Assembly: GCF_006345805.1 (NCBI RefSeq)
Contig: NC_042999.1
Span: 103,850,001-103,914,000 of the forward strand
Direction of reading: 5' to 3'
From: Octopus sinensis
Taxonomy: Eukaryota
Length of the DNA stretch: 64,000 bases
Every line of letters begins with the position of its first letter. Position 1 is the first letter of the stretch. Below, piece after piece: positions 26,560 through 41,730 of the stretch. The notes beneath the pieces are model-generated. The model was not told where the DNA came from. It saw only the letters and a list, made by a program, of their open reading frames with translations, and did not search any database. The position numbers and the translations under genes were made by a program.

Positions 26560-29500
26560 AACAACAATGAGAAGCAAGCCAATTTAGGAGCTTCAATACA
26601 GTCACTTTGTCTCCTAGAAATAACAGCTATACCACCTTTAAACCACACACTTTTGCCCTAAAACAAAAAGGGTGAATAATATATCCTGGAGTTCACTCTG
26701 CCTGAGAAAGACAGGTTGGTCATAGCTTGAATGCATTTGTTCATAGACTAGATCTGGTCAGCCACAGCCAACCTGTGAGCTAAACAATAACTACAACAGC
26801 AACAACAAGTATTATCACATGTTAAAGCAATTTTTAAAACATTCTGCTACACATGATATCACATTCAGTGGGTACAGATCTGAAATCTTACTAATTCTTT
26901 AAACGAAGCAATAATACATCTGGTGAGATAACTTAAATAGGGAACCAGTTGTTGATGTAACTCCAAAACAGTTCTGAACAAGCAGGGTTCTGATCTAAGG
27001 CATTTTATATCCTTGCAATGTATTCAGGATTTTTTTTTTCTTTTAGATGATAAAGTGTGGCTAGAGGAGAATTTGGTTGCAATTTCTAACAGGCCAAATA
27101 TTTATATGGAGACTCAGGAAGGTGGTTAAAAGGAGTCAATTGTATTTTAGTTAGTGAAATATAATATTTGAAAACTTCATCTCTTATAACAATAGACATC
27201 ACAAATCAATTGAAAAGTCACTGTAGTTGACTGGACCTATCACAAATAGCAATAAATTTCTTCATCTCACACCCTACTGACTCAAGACATGAAAGACACA
27301 TTGAACAGTGTAATCTTAGATACATGAAAAGATGGGATGATCATGGTTAGAGTGCCTTCCATCATTAGGTCAGGTGAACCAGGGTTGACCTGGGGCTGAT
27401 AAACAATAAGAAAACCCCATCCCTGATATGTAGGTCAGAGCCCCTTCCCATGCCCTCTACCCACTAACTTTATAGAAGTGAAATAAGGGAGCAAAATTGG
27501 AAGACATGCATGAAATATAAAAAAAAAGAACATATGTACGTAATCTACTATATATGTGTGAATAGTAAAGTTTAGAACTCACTTGCTCCCTAAGTGACTA
27601 AAACCCCTTTCTTTATACACCTCACCTCTGCCATCACCATAATGTCAGTGGAAGGGCAAGGGTCAGAGATATTACATTCATCACTCTTTACAGCAATTGA
27701 ACTTAGTGGGTGTTGTATGGGGAATAATATAAATAGAGAAACATTTCCTGCTAAACCAAAAGGAATGAATGAATGACATTTGTACTGCATCAGAATTGCC
27801 TTCCATTTAGAAACTTGTAAGTAGTAGTATTTGTGATAGCACAATAAATATATTTATCATAAGTAGGGAAGTGGGTGTAGTAGCTGTGGTGGTTGATGTA
27901 AGCCTAGAAAGAACAGCTCTGATCAAGCAGAACTACCATTTAAAACATCCTAACTCATATTTCCTGACATTGTCTTCAGGATAAAAGTTTGTTTTTTTGT
28001 CTTTTAAGATGGTAAAATGAGGTTTATGGTGAATTTGGTTGCTATTTCTAACAGGCCAAACAACTAACTATATACAGCTTTTTTATGTTGGCATGGGTTG
28101 GATAGGACTTTACAAACAGTATTCCACAACTGGTTGCTCATTTTGATGTCAACACTTGTTTGTCACATGTATTGTTCACTATTTGATTACTATTTAATTC
28201 TGGTGGACCCCCATAGCCATTGTACTGTTTTATAGAAACTTTGTTCAAAATTCCTATTTTGTTTTCCATACATTAGCTTGTTTAGGTTGGATTATGTAAA
28301 ATGTTAGAGAAAGAAACCCAGTTGTTTCTTGCAATACATACAGCTAGAGCAAAATTTTTTCAAATGTCCTTAAAATACTATTGTGGTTCCCCAATTGACT
28401 ATTTTGTAGCATGGACCCCACAAATTCTTATATGGACCCCCAAAGACCATATGGATCCCAGCTAAGAACCACTGTTTTAGGCTATTGGTTCTCAACCAGG
28501 ATCCATATGGCCCTTGGGGTTCATATAAGATTTTGTAGTTAAAATTTACGAGCCATAAATTGGTTATACTTCTACAGTACACAAAATTCACTTTTTTACA
28601 CAATTGCTAATAACGTTTAATTGTAAAAACATAATGGGACTTTTTAAACATTGAATGGGTATAGAAGTCCAGTAGAGTAAAATTGGAATCAAATTATTAT
28701 TATTACTGGAATCTTGCACTCACGATCTAGCAACCATGATTTTAATTCTTAGACCTCATGGTGCATTGTGTTCTTGAACAAAATACTCATCTCTTCATCA
28801 TAGATATGACATCACAACCCAATCATTCTGTCAGCTGTCAAAAGCCCTTTTGTTTCAATCATCCACACTCATGTCCAGCCAGCCATTGTTCAGCTACATT
28901 TCATTCCCTTTGCAAATAAGAAATCTTAAAATTTCGCTTATAGTCCAAAGGAAAAACAAACATTATTTACTTTCTATCAAAGAAGAAGGTAAAACATACA
29001 AGTATATGAAAATATTCAATGTCAATAAAGAAATATATACAGATTTAGGAAAACAGAATCTACAAGAACTACTTTGTTTATAAACATCTTCTATGGAACT
29101 AGTGCATAGGAAAATTCCACTATATTTAAGCCAGAAAGCAAAGCTACACAAGAAGCTGTTTGTCAGCTATAAATACAAAGGTATTCTAAGGTATACTGAT
29201 ACATCTAAATAGTTATCTATTTTAGTTTATTTGCTGTTGTTTTGTAATAAGGAGTAACTTGCTACACTTTTGTAGAAGTAAAATATGGAAAATGGGAAGT
29301 ACTAAGATAGCAATCCAAGCAGGGAGAAAATATGATACACAGATGAAGTCAGAGAATTCAGTCGGGGTGACCAGATCATCATTTACAATTTACTGTGATT
29401 AAGTATATGCTGTAGAGAGTATTTAGTGCAATGGTTTACAGAACAGAAAGGGGAAACTCTTGTTTTCCACATATGCATTTATACATACACACGAATATAC

Positions 29501-31409
29501 ACATACAAATCTTACATCCAGAGATAAATAGTAACTGAGTATGAGGAAAGATGTAGGAAACCTTTTGTTATAAGTTTGTAGTTATAGGTTACCTCACATA
29601 ATAGACAACACACATTACATACTTCCTGTTCCTTGTATGAGCTAAACAAATGCAAGTCATTTTAAATGCTACACTGAATTTGCTACTAAGCATAGACAAC
29701 TGTGTAACTACTATTTTGTATTAGATTTGCAGTAACTCGGAATGAGAACTGATACTGGGTGGAGGGGTTTCTAGTGTTCTTGCATAAGACAACCCCTGTA
29801 GAGGCAAGAGCACATTGAAATGTACACAGCACACACAGTAAAGTCATTGGTGACAGGAAGAGCATTGAACCATAGAAAACATGCCAAAAAGTATAATGCA
29901 CATTCAAGAACAGGAACACTGCAAGCTGTATCACATGTTACATGCCTAAGAAGGCAGTAACTCCAAATAAGAACTGATATAAGGTAGAGGGTGGGACTCT
30001 AGGACAACTTCTCTAGTATATTCAGTAAAGTGATTGTAGGTAGGAAGGGCATCCAGTCATAGAATCCATGCCAAATAAAGGAACACATGAGCAAGACATG
30101 GAATCCACTTTATGCAATGATCTAAGAGTGCAATAATTTAGAATATGACCTGACACAGAATAGAGATCACATTTTAGTCGTCCTGCATGGGACAACTTCT
30201 AATGCTGATGGTTTGACAAAATTGCCTCAAGGCTACCCTATAAGACGTACGGAAACACAAAACTGATTGGTTTTCTCTGTTGCCGTGTGGGTCACACGAC
30301 ACAGCCAGTGACAAGTGAAGAGACTTGTCCAGCCCCTGCCATCTTAGGTATATGGATGTATAATGAACACTGGTCAAATTGATTCAGATTTTGATCAATT
30401 ATGAAAATACTTCAACAGACACTTTTTTTTTTTTTTTTCAGGGAAGGCCAAGTAAGTCCCTGAATTTGTTTTAGTCATCATATTGTAGATCACTGTTAGT
30501 ACTTTAATGTACAATGGATGAGTTTTAATCCTTTTTGTGCAGTAATTAATTAATTACAAGTGAATCATTAGATCCAAACAAACTCACTATATACATTGGG
30601 TACTTTTGGTTGTTTGAACACCCAAACAAACACATGTATGTGTGTGTGCACGCGAGAGTGTGTAATGGTTAATATGTTTTGTGAATATATATTAATTCAG
30701 AATTAATACAAAATACTCTAATTATAGTTTCTCTTTTCTGGTTCTTCAGAATGTATATATATATATATATGTATGTACAAACACATACACACACAGATAT
30801 CACTTCAAATACTATCAATTATTTTGATATTTTCATAACAAAATTAGCTTTAACTAATTCTGTCTATGTGTATGTGTTTTGTAATGTAGATACAGGCAGA
30901 ATTTCAGAACATTATTCAATGCCAAGAGCCAAGAATTGTTTAAGGCTATTACATTTGGCATCTGAGATCCAGCCACATCTGGCCCCAAATATTCTCCCTA
31001 TTCTAAGTATGGTCAAACCAGCCAGATCTGGTCTCTCACACCTACCCTACAATGTCATTCTAAAAATATACAACCTTATCATCAAAATATCAAAGCTATG
31101 ATATAATGCTTGATTAATTCAAAACAATGTGAATAAATATGCATTACATTTGACAGAGTAAGCAGAATGCTAAAGAACGAAATACCATTTTTTTTTTTAG
31201 ATAGTATACTAATATTTTTATTGGGAAATGCTAATAGATGCCAGTCCATATTCGACTGAGCTGATCCTTCTCACTACAATGGGGTTTAGTAAATGTTTAT
31301 GGTGAACATAGGTTTAGGCAAGAAGTTCATATCTGGCCTGATGACCAAGAACATGAAATTCAAATAACTAGATATGAGGAGCCAGTATGCAATAATCCAA
31401 CATGCATAC

Positions 31410-31420
31410 GCACACACACA

Positions 31421-31453
<33 letters not shown>

Positions 31454-31458
31454 TATAT

Positions 31459-31489
<31 letters not shown>

Positions 31490-31506
31490 CATACACACAC
31501 ACACAC

Positions 31507-31562
<56 letters not shown>

Positions 31563-31602
31563 CACATACACACACACACACACACCACATACACACACAC
31601 AC

Positions 31603-31657
<55 letters not shown>
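31410..31657. repeat. Compound (TA)n/(CA)n microsatellite
   Basis: Direct reading; source of the spurious ORFs 31286-31690. Confidence 0.95.
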
Positions 31658-31660
<3 letters not shown>

Positions 31661-31893
31661 GTTAATGGTATGAGAATTTAGAAACTTCAAACAAACATGA
31701 AATAATCCTTTTTGGGGATGGTGAATCTCAAAGCAGATGAAACTATAAATAATAGTGTAAATTTTGGATTAAAAAAAGCCCTTCGACTTTTTTGACCCAA
31801 TATTTACACATCATTATGCACTGTTTTATCCGCTTGAAGACTCAAAATAAGTATTATATACACATTCATACATACATACATATATCTATATAT

Positions 31894-31926
<33 letters not shown>

Positions 31927-33730
31927 TGCATGCATAGCCATACATGCACACTGAGGTGCACATACACTTATCAACACACATTTCAAGGTGATAATAGAGA
32001 AGTTTGGAGGCAAGACATGATGTAATTCAGAAAGTGCATTGGATAGAAAACAAAGAACTCAAAGATGCAAAGAAGAGAGAAGAAAAAGGAGTGGTCAAGA
32101 GAGAGTGTGGGCAAGCAGAGAGGGAGAGAATGGCAGGAGAGATATAGTAGAGAGACACAGAGAGAGAGAGACAGATTAGGAAGGAGATCAGGAGAGGCCA
32201 ACAGAGTAAAATGGAGATAGGGAAAATGATAAACCAATGCAGACAATAGAAAGACAGTCAAGAGCAACCATGAAAGTTTGCAGCTTGCTTAGCTGATTGG
32301 TTGGTTGGCTGGTTGGTTGGTTGGTTGGTTGAATGGTAAAGGTCCAATTTTCAATATTAGCTCATGCAAACATTCTAAGGTGAGTAATAAACATGTAACA
32401 AAAAAAAAATGAAAAGAATAAATAAATAAATAAAAAGAGGGAGGAGTGAAAAAATAAAAACAAAACAAAAAGTGCAATCAATACACCTGCAGTCAGTGCC
32501 AGGTGTGCACTATGAACAAGACTTGCAGACAAGAGTAGTAGAAACCCCATGCTATGCCCCTCTGCTCCACCTAGTGTCAGATTTCATTTTTCATTTCCTC
32601 TTGCAATTAATTATTATTATTATTATTGTTCATTTTGCTTTATGCTGCACAATTTATTATAATTACTTTGTCACACAGTGTAGATGGAAATGGTATTGGA
32701 GCATTTAGTCATTTGCCAAGTCACAACAAGGACCTCAGACAGATAACACTTATCATCCTCAAGGGTTTTTTTCAACAAGCTGGAGTTGATTAAATGAAGA
32801 ACTAAACAAATGCCGGAATAGATTTCAACATTTGTTCCCTCTGGCAAAATGTGTGATTCTATGCCTGCATTATAAATTCTTATTATAAAGAGTGATAAAT
32901 GGTGAAGTAACAGACAAATATTCCTTGCTATACAATATTTAGTTTTATGCTTTCTACTTTCTAAATTAAAATATTGACAAAGTCAACTTTATTTACCATC
33001 CGTCTGGATGGAGAATAAAATAAAATAAAATACCAGTGAAGTACTGGATGTATGCTTATGTTAGAATTTATTACTGTCATTATAACTAGGGAACTAGATA
33101 GGCAAAATCAGCGAAGTGGTAGAAAATGTGCTAGGCCATATTTAATTATATCTCAATAACCTAGGTTCAGATCCTGCCAATAATGATTTTACCTTTTTAT
33201 CATTGCGAGATCTATAAAATAAATTATCAGTTAAATATTGTAGTTGAGTAAATCAACTATAACCCTCTCTCTAAGCTCGTAACTTGATATAATCATTAAA
33301 GTATTAGACGAATGCTTTGCAGTATTTATTCAAGCATTTCCTATAAACCCTGCCAAAATCAAATTTGCCTTTTGTCCTGGGATTCATAAAAAACAGTTCC
33401 AGTTGAGGAGTGTGGACTGGCAAAGTTGCTAGAGGGCTGAACAAAATATTCCAGCAACATTCTGAGTGACCACAAAGGTGGGGCAAACTCAAAGGAAAAT
33501 GAATGACAAACCCATGGACAAAATTAACAGGGGTTGTTTGCAACTTAATCATGCAGAAAGGAAACCCTTTTCTTTAAACCTGATTCCCTATGATCATGCC
33601 AGAAATCAGTATTATTATTATTATTAGTGATGGTGGTGATAGTGGTAATTATTAAGACATTAATTTCTAAGATTTTCTGCTGTTCTGCTTGTTTTCTTTT
33701 GTTTTGTTTTAATTCTTCTGACTACCTTAC

Positions 33731-33772
33731 CTCAATATTTGATGATTGATTCTGTTCCCTGTCCTTCAGCTC
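33731..33772 (-). CDS. Coiled-coil protein exon (ELKDREQNQSSNIE)
   Basis: Acceptor ccttggcag|GAG, donor GAG|gtaagg; 42 nt, phase 0-0. Symmetric, so not forced by phase. Confidence 0.8.
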
Positions 33773-34637
33773 CTGCCAAGGTAATGGTTAGAAGAAAAAT
33801 GATGAAAACCACATGGAGACAGTGTGGAAAGGAGAAAAGGGGTGTGTCAAGAAGGATGGGTGACAACTCAAAGGGGATGAAGAGGGAGTGAAAACAAGTC
33901 ACTGAGATATGTTGAGGGGGTTGTATGAAACTTTCAAAATGACAGCTCCAGTAGTATTGAGTAGTCGGTTTGACAACATGCTAAATTTTTTTTTTTTTGG
34001 TTTCTTTGAAGGTAATAAATGAAGTACTTCAACTGTTCAAAAATGTAAAAATGATGTTTCCATTTCATTTTGCTCATATAGTGTTTTTAACAATATTTTA
34101 CTTTCTATAACACAACAAGCAACATAAACAATCACATGCCAATGAAGTAATCTCTACGTTGTCTTCAGATCTGCCAGAAATAACAACCAAATTCCCATCA
34201 ACCACACTCTACTGTCTTGGAAAAGAGGAAAACAAGCTAGATGTAGCCCAAGGCATACTTGTTAAAAAAATATGAAAAAAAATGGATGGCCACAGCTGGA
34301 ATGCCTTCAAACGTCTGCTCAATCAAGGTTATGTTGGGGGTTAAACAATATAATTACAATAAAATGTAGCAATTACACCACAACCAACACCAAAATTAAC
34401 ATCAATGTCACAAACAACATCACAACTAATGTAAACACTACAGCAAAAGCAACTTTACAATCAAAACCAACACCATATCTTAAAATAGGATGTGTTGTGT
34501 ATTAGTTTTACATACATTGAAACTATTTTTCATTCAAAACCGAAGAGAGTATTTGTCAAAATTACATGTCAATTGATCAATGGTTTGATCAATTAAGGCT
34601 AACTCAAGTTAAACAACAACTACTACAATAACTACAA

Positions 34638-35152
34638 TATATTGGGTCATCCCATAAAAAATACAGTTTTTTCAATTGTGTGAACAAAAAGTTGGAGATG
34701 GATGGAATAAACTACCTACATCAACTTGCTATAAAAGCAGGTAGTAATTTACCTTGTTCTATTCTTAGTGCAAGTTTTGAAGAGTGCAGTTTGATTTTAA
34801 CAATTATTTTTTCAAAGCTAAAATGGAAGTGACAAACGAGCATATTCAGCATATTTTGCTTTATGAGTTCAATAAAGACAACAACGCATTGTAAAGTGTG
34901 GGGAATATTAATACTGTACACAGAGATCAGACAATAAGCATAAGCAGTGTCAACAGTGGTTCCAGAAATTCAGAGCCAGAAACTACAGCCTAGAAGACAA
35001 GCCTCATCCTGGAAGATCTGTTGAGCTCGAGGAGGATGTCCTGCAAACCTTGGTGGAACAAAATTCGATTGTAACTGTCGAGGAACTAGCAGAGAAGCTT
35101 GAATTTAGTTATTCAACCATTCATTGACACTTGTGTGCCATTGGAAAAGTCA
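34638..35152 (+). mobile_element. Mariner transposon 5' fragment (TIR plus decayed N-terminal HTH domains)
   Basis: TA + TATTGGGTCATCCCATAA TIR-like start. From 34823: MEVTNEHIQHILLYEFNK..., then after a frameshift WFQKFRARNYSLEDKPHPGRSVELEEDVLQTLVEQNSIVTVEELAEKLEFSYSTIH*HLCAIGK, matching mariner WF.RF..G..SLED.PRSGRP. Confidence 0.85.
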
Positions 35153-35422
35153 TGCTTTTAATTGATAAGTCCAAGGTTGATCTAGAATTAAACTACTGTT
35201 ACAACTACTAGCCAACAAACATCTGTTAGATGATGATGTTCTAGACACACTGTACTCCCATAAACTCACCTCCCAAAAAGAAGGAAGAGAAAAATTCAGA
35301 GTTCCTCACAGCTGGAATATCTCTGATCATATATCTACTTGACCAAAGTAGACTAAGAGTAGCTAAAACAAGAACAAGCAACAAAGCCCTCAAATACCAA
35401 TGGTAAAGAAAATATAAGAAGA

Positions 35423-35466
<44 letters not shown>

Positions 35467-36129
35467 TAATAATGAACTTATTGTATAAAGTGCTCAGGTG
35501 CACTACAACTCATCAGAAAACAGTAACCAAAACTGCATGAACAGTAGACAGAATAATGCACCGAAAGTGAGTGATTTAAGGAAAAAAGAAAAAAAATAAG
35601 GTGGGGATATCACGTATACTGTGGGAAAATTTTATGAAGCATGGAAGTTTTGACAGATGTAGTGACCCGACAGCCAGCGACTGATGCTGGTAGTTTATTC
35701 TAGGCTCTAGTAATTCTGAGCATGAAAAAATGTTTCTGTGCATTGCTTAACTCTTCTGATATCAAAACACCCAAGACTGCTTTTGATTCTATGATACAAA
35801 CTTTCTTTAAAAAGATCTAAATTAAAATCTGTCATCAAAATTTCATGATAATTTGTTTCAATCATTAGATTGATAATAACAAAGTTATTTTACTAAATTC
35901 ATCGTGATTTTCAAAATTAATTAAGACAAAAGCAATTTATCTCAAGAGGAGTACGGTAACAAAAATATTCAACGATAACTAAACACAAAAGATAAATCAT
36001 TGAAAGTGTTAAGAAGAGTGTCCGGTCACTATTAGGATAGAAGGTGAAGAGGAGGAAATGTCATCTAGCTATATAATTTCTTGGTCCAAAAATTCATCAA
36101 GCAATTCAAAATTGGCCTGTTGTGATCAC

Positions 36130-36350
36130 GTGTGTGTGAGTGTCTTTGTGTTTGTCCTGCCACTACCACCACAGCTTTACAACCAGTGTTAGCTTGTTTA
36201 TGGCCTGTAACATAGCAGTTTGGCAAAAAGAGTTCAATAGAATAAGTACAAGGCTTAGAAAAAATAAGTGTTTGGCTGAAATCCTTCAAAGTGGTGTCCC
36301 AGCATGGTTGCAGTCTAATGACTGAAACAAATGTAAAAGAAAAAAAAAAG
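36130..36350 (+). mobile_element. Family H SINE 3' half
   Basis: Reverse orientation of the 3' half at 15925-16130; ends GACTGAAACAAATGTAAAAG. Confidence 0.75.
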
Positions 36351-36362
36351 GAAGAAAAAGAT

Positions 36363-36407
<45 letters not shown>

Positions 36408-38049
36408 TGTTTAGCCCCAGGTTCACCATAGCTATGACCAAAAGCAAACCAGCTTTGACCATTTAGACATTGTGAAGATATCAAGAGACTATATTATCAA
36501 ACATATATATCCTTCCAAGTTTTCAAATAAGTGGAGTGAAATCTGGGAGAGATTTTGTTACTATTTCTAGCAAGTACTTGGTTGGTGGAGACAGTACCAC
36601 AGGTGTGTGTGTGTGAGTATTTGTGTAGAGAACTGATTGGAATGATTTAAGACTTTGATTTGGCTTGTAGCATAATTGTTTAAAGACCCAGGCTCAACTG
36701 GTAGAGTCTGTGTAGGACCTGGTTGACAATACTGCTCATAAACTGGGGATTATTTCTAGGTTTGCTTATATATGTGATTACAATGTCACAAGAAATAATC
36801 ACAAGACAGATTCTTCAAGCTGGGTCAACTGGCAGGAGGTCTAGGGATAGACCAAGGATAAAATGGCTAAATAACAAAGAATCACAAAGCAGATTCTTCA
36901 AGTGAAGCTAACCAGCAGTTGGCCACACCTAGAAATCCAGTCAAAAAGTCTAATGATGGTTACTTCTGATAGGACCATATGGGGGAAGTACCTAAGGACT
37001 CGACACTCATGACTTTCTCAGGAATAATAGGCAGAGATGGATTGACAATATTAACTCTTCTGTATTGCAGGAGTGTTTCTCTACTTTGTAGAACAAAATT
37101 CAACCTTGAATAGGGAAAACTAGTCTTCTGTCAGTGTGTGTGTGTGCCGAAGTGTGAGAGACCAACAGACATAGATAGAAAACCAGACAGACAGGTAACC
37201 TGTTTAGGAGGGCTGTCAGTAACACTGGATCAGAACTAATACAAGTTAAAAGGGACTCTTTCATACAACTACAGACGATTTTTCTCGTGCCAGTGTCATA
37301 ACCAAATGCACCTAGTGGTTGATAATAGGAAGGTGTCTACCTGTAAAAATGTTCCAGTAATGATCACACAATCTTTCTCTAAGATTATAAGATGAAGGGC
37401 TGTGAGAGGAACTGAGGTGTTTTGAGACACATTCAGCCCATGCAAGCACAGGAGAGGGCAGAGGACTCAAAAATAATGATAAGAGTGAGGGTGGGTGTGC
37501 ATTGTGTGTGTACAGAAATAAATCAAAAGTAAAACAGTGGAAAAGATGATGATGCGGTAATAGTAGTGGTGACTGTGAGGATAGTTAGGAGGGTAGTGGT
37601 TGTGGCAGTGAGGGTTGTGGTGGTAAGGGTGGCAGTTGTGACAGTGAGGGTGGTGGAGCTAGTCGTGATGGTGTTCATCGCGACAGGTTTTATTTATTTT
37701 ATTTTTTCCCTATAATCGAGATGGTAGAGATGTGGTGATGGGGTATTTGTGTGGTGAGCTAATGGTAATATAATGTAATGGAAAATAGATGAAGTCGAGG
37801 TGATCAATGGAATGGTGCAACAGTAATGGAGACAAATGTCATGAAGTCTGCAGCAAGGAAGTAAGGAGTGGGAATGGTTGTAAAAAGTAGAAGTAATGGA
37901 TGAAAGAGATGACGAGGAGATGGAGAAGGAGAAAAATGAAAATGATGGTGTTCCTGGCAAAGAGATCATCACATCTGCATACATTGACATAAATTACAAT
38001 TCTCTTTTTTTATTTATTCTGATGAGTTCGCATTTATATTCCTGACTTA

Positions 38050-38520
38050 TTTGCACTGAGCAACCCAATAGAAAGGTCTTTAGGTGGTTACTGAAACTGG
38101 TTGAAATAGAAGCCAAATTTTCTCTCGAATCACACCTTAACTTCTTAAAAACACAAGATGGAATGGTCACAGATGGACTTTCTTTGATCATAGGTCATCC
38201 CAGTGTATACTGGCTTCAAGATAAACAACAACATTTACAAAAACAACAACTAAGTTCACTAAACTTACTGACAACACCCATACTAACTATTACACACTGC
38301 TGGCCAAGTCAAGAACAGAGCCTCTAGGTAGTCATTTGACATGCTAGAAATAGCAGGCACATTTATCTCAAATCAGACCCTGTTATTTTAGAAAAGGATA
38401 TGCTGGATAATGCAATCCCATGTTCTCAGAATATCAGGTAAAGACAGGATGGTCATGTTGAATGCCTTTGATCAGAACACTGCTTGATCAAGAACAACTT
38501 GGGGTTATATAACACAGCTG
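38050..38520 (+). mobile_element. Two adjacent copies of an (AAC)n-tailed repeat (family T)
   Basis: Shared motifs CTAGAAATAGCAGCCAAATCTC..AATCACACC and GGATGGTCA..GGAATGCCTTTGATCA..TAAACAACAAC. About 15 copies in window (e.g. 290-490, 18130, 26900-27100, 34160, 36400-36580, 63770). Confidence 0.6.
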
Positions 38521-39169
38521 TTCATGCTGCACACTCACCCATTAACTACACATGCAACAAAAAATTTGCACACTTGCTTAGCGCACATGCATCTAACAGG
38601 TATACTTAACAATTGCACATAAAGCTTTTAACCACCAACGCTAATGTACATGTGCATACATGTATGCATGCATGTGTGTGTGTGGGTGTTATTAGTTAAT
38701 AGCATTACATGCAGTTGGCAAGTATGTCTGCTGTTTACAGGTGCATATGCACTCTCCAAGTATGTAAGTTTTCTGGTGCATAAATGCAGGCATAGCTGTG
38801 TGGTAATGGTGTTTGCTTCTCAATTACATAGCTTCAAGTTCTATCCCAATGTATGGCAACTTCAGTATATGTGTTCAACTTACAGCCTGATGAGAGAAAT
38901 TAGGATAGACAGACACTATATAGTAGCCTGTCATATATATAATAGTATGTATGAATGAATGGACGGATGTACATATGCATGCAGGCACATACATATGTGC
39001 GTAAAGTAAGGTTGACATCATTGCCTAAATTTGAGAGCATGTAACCCAGTCGGATATACTAGGTTTGAAGGGACTTTAAGGAAATCTTAAATTACATTTA
39101 CTGATCATATGCTTTCCTGAGCAACTTGAGTTTCACTTCAAAGTTATCTTCACAACAAAGACAAGTATT

Positions 39170-39369
39170 CTTTTATTCTTTTATTTGTTTCAGCCATTTG
39201 ACTGTGACCATGCTGGAGTACCGCCTTTAGTCGAGCAAATCGACTCCAGAAATTATTCTTTGTAAGTCTAGCACTTATTCTATCGGTTGCTCTTGCCGAA
39301 CTGCTAAGTGACGTAAACACACCAGCATTGGTTGTCAAGCGATGTTGGGGCGACAAACACAGACACACA

Positions 39370-39408
<39 letters not shown>

Positions 39409-39618
39409 CGGGCTTCTTTCAGTTTACGTCTACCAAATCCACTCACAATATATATATATGACAGGCTTCTTTCAGTTTCCGTCTACCAAATCCACTCACA
39501 AGGCTTTGGTTGGCCCGAGGCTATAGTAGATGACACATGCCCATAGTGCCATGCAGTGGGACTGAACCCGGAACCATGTGGTTGGTATGCAAGCTACTTA
39601 CCACACAGCCACTCCTGT
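39170..39618 (-). mobile_element. Family H SINE, full length, with internal duplication of about 45 bp
   Basis: GACGGGCTTCTTTCAGTTT..AAATCCACTCACAA occurs twice (about 39408 and 39459). Confidence 0.85.
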
Positions 39619-40090
39619 TTACATATTCAAAATAGACCATGTCATAACAAGCACTGAGTAATATATAATGAATTCTCTATTGAGATTAAAGCAAAAAAAT
39701 GCTTAAATTAAAGATATTCCAGACAGTATGTTGTACAACAAAAGTGAAATTGTAGCAGGTATGTTGTTCATTTATATTTACAAATCTGAAATATTTGATT
39801 GAGCAGAGTTGATAAAGGCTTCCAACAGACAACCACAGTATTGTTTATTTGTAACAATAGAATTAAACATGCTATACAAGTTTGTATGGATACAGTTATG
39901 TTAACTATACCTGATGGTTTAGGTGAACTATGCTGTTTAATAAATAGATAAGGAGAACACTCTATATCTAATAGACAAGACAAGGAGTAGAAAATTAGGT
40001 TGAATAAATTATGTCTACGTCAAGCAGATAATATGCAACATAAAGTGAGCACATTAAAAAGAGATAACCTATTTGAAGTAATATGATGCA

Positions 40091-40130
<40 letters not shown>

Positions 40131-40570
40131 TGTGTGTGCATGAGTATGCATGTACGTGTGTGTGTGTGTGTGTGTGTGTGTATAGAAATTATGGGACAAG
40201 AAGAATCTAAATAACATATCAGATTAAGTATTATATTAAGTCTCTAACCTCATAAATCTCATAAAATTTTCATATGAGATGTGATGATAAAGAGAGGAAG
40301 ACAAAAGACAGAAAGTGAAGAAGGAGGGAGTAGAACAAGACCAAGAAAGAATTTTGGTTTCTTGCCAAGAGACCAAATTCATGAACACCACCAGAGAATG
40401 CTCTTCTTTCAAGCTTTCTTTCATTTTCTGAAAAAATATGGCTCTAGTTCATTCTCTTCTTGTTACAGATCAACTGGACAATTGGACTGTTATTTAAACA
40501 ACAGGGGGGAAGTTTCACATGTATATTCCCACCCACACACCATTCCACATCCATGTAGTGTCTTTTTTAC

Positions 40571-40685
40571 CTTCTTCAGCAACTCATTAGCAACTCGCTG
40601 CTGTTCAAGTTCTTCTTTCGTCTGCTCCAGTTCAAGACGACAGGAATCAACATCAGTCGTTTGGGTAGCTTCCCATTTCTGTTTC
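40571..40685 (-). CDS. Coiled-coil protein exon (Q-KQKWEATQTTDVDSCRLELEQTKEELEQQRVANELLKK)
   Basis: Acceptor ttccaccag|G, donor AAG|gtaaaa; 115 nt, phase 2-0. Confidence 0.9.
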
Positions 40686-41730
40686 CTGGTGGAACAAATT
40701 TAAGAAAAAGAACAGAATGAAGATTATGTAAATGCTGTTATAACAAAAAATAAACATATATATACATTTCAAATTTTAGCAGAAGGCTAGTAATTTCGGG
40801 ATAGGGGGTAAATTGATTACATCAACCCCCAGGACTCAACTTGTACTTATTTTATTGATCCCAAAAAGATGAAAAGTAAAGTCAACCATGGCAGAATTTT
40901 AACTCAGAACATAAAGGACAAAATACCACTAAGCATTTTGCCCAGTGTGCTAATGATTCTCCCACCTCCTCGTCTTATAATCTTTTTATTCTTTTACTTG
41001 TTTCAGTAATTTTGATAGCAACCATGCTGGAGCACTAACAAATAAATAAATATATAGATAATATTTTTATTTTGGTCAAGTCAGTCTCTTCCCAGTCTGA
41101 GTTTTGCCTGCAGATGCATAGGGTCTTCTGACCAGTTACGACCGAGTGCACCAACAGGCAAAATTCAAAGTAGCAAGAGAGTGACTTAACCAAAATAATA
41201 AAAATATCATTCATCTTAGCTATGGTATCAAGTACTCTGCATGCACAGATGTATGCTTATATGTATGTTCAGAGAGAGAGATCATCAATACTTAACATTT
41301 GTTTTCCATGCTGGCATGAGTTGGGAAAGCCTCACAGGAACAGGCAAATTGCAAGGCTGCACTGAGCTTCAGTGTCAGCTTTTTTGGCATGTTTTCTATG
41401 GCCGGATGCCCTTTCTAATGTGGACCACCTTACAGTGTATATGTTTATGTTTATATCATGATTTTCCAGTCTAACATAATCACTTTGCAACACTTTTTAT
41501 GACACTACTACTTTCAATTCTACTTCAAAGCCTCATCAAAGAAGTTAAAGCTCTATATTGTATATGCTTATATCACTGGGAGCAGTTTATCACTGTACCA
41601 GTACTTTTGAGGTTTGTAAGAGTTCATGCTATTTTATGTAGTTTCCATTTCAAGAAAAAAAAAAATTAGCGAAGTCGGAACACTTTTGGACTAAGACATT
41701 CTATTAAATATAAATATAATATTAGTGAGT

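Noticed and set aside
27623-27760. In-frame donor GAG|gtgagg at the end of ORF 27590..27844
   Set aside because: No good phase-0 acceptor; the best pyrimidine tract ends in CAA rather than CAG, and the peptide does not fit the coiled coil.
31286-31690. Cluster of ORFs on both strands
   Set aside because: (TA)n/(CA)n artefacts. The same applies to ORFs at 768-1348, 44042-44606, 55319-55696 and 57810-58217.
40281-40703. 140-aa plus-strand ORF
   Set aside because: Partly the antisense shadow of exon 40571-40685; no independent coding signal. Likewise plus ORFs 4188-4634 over the terminal exon.
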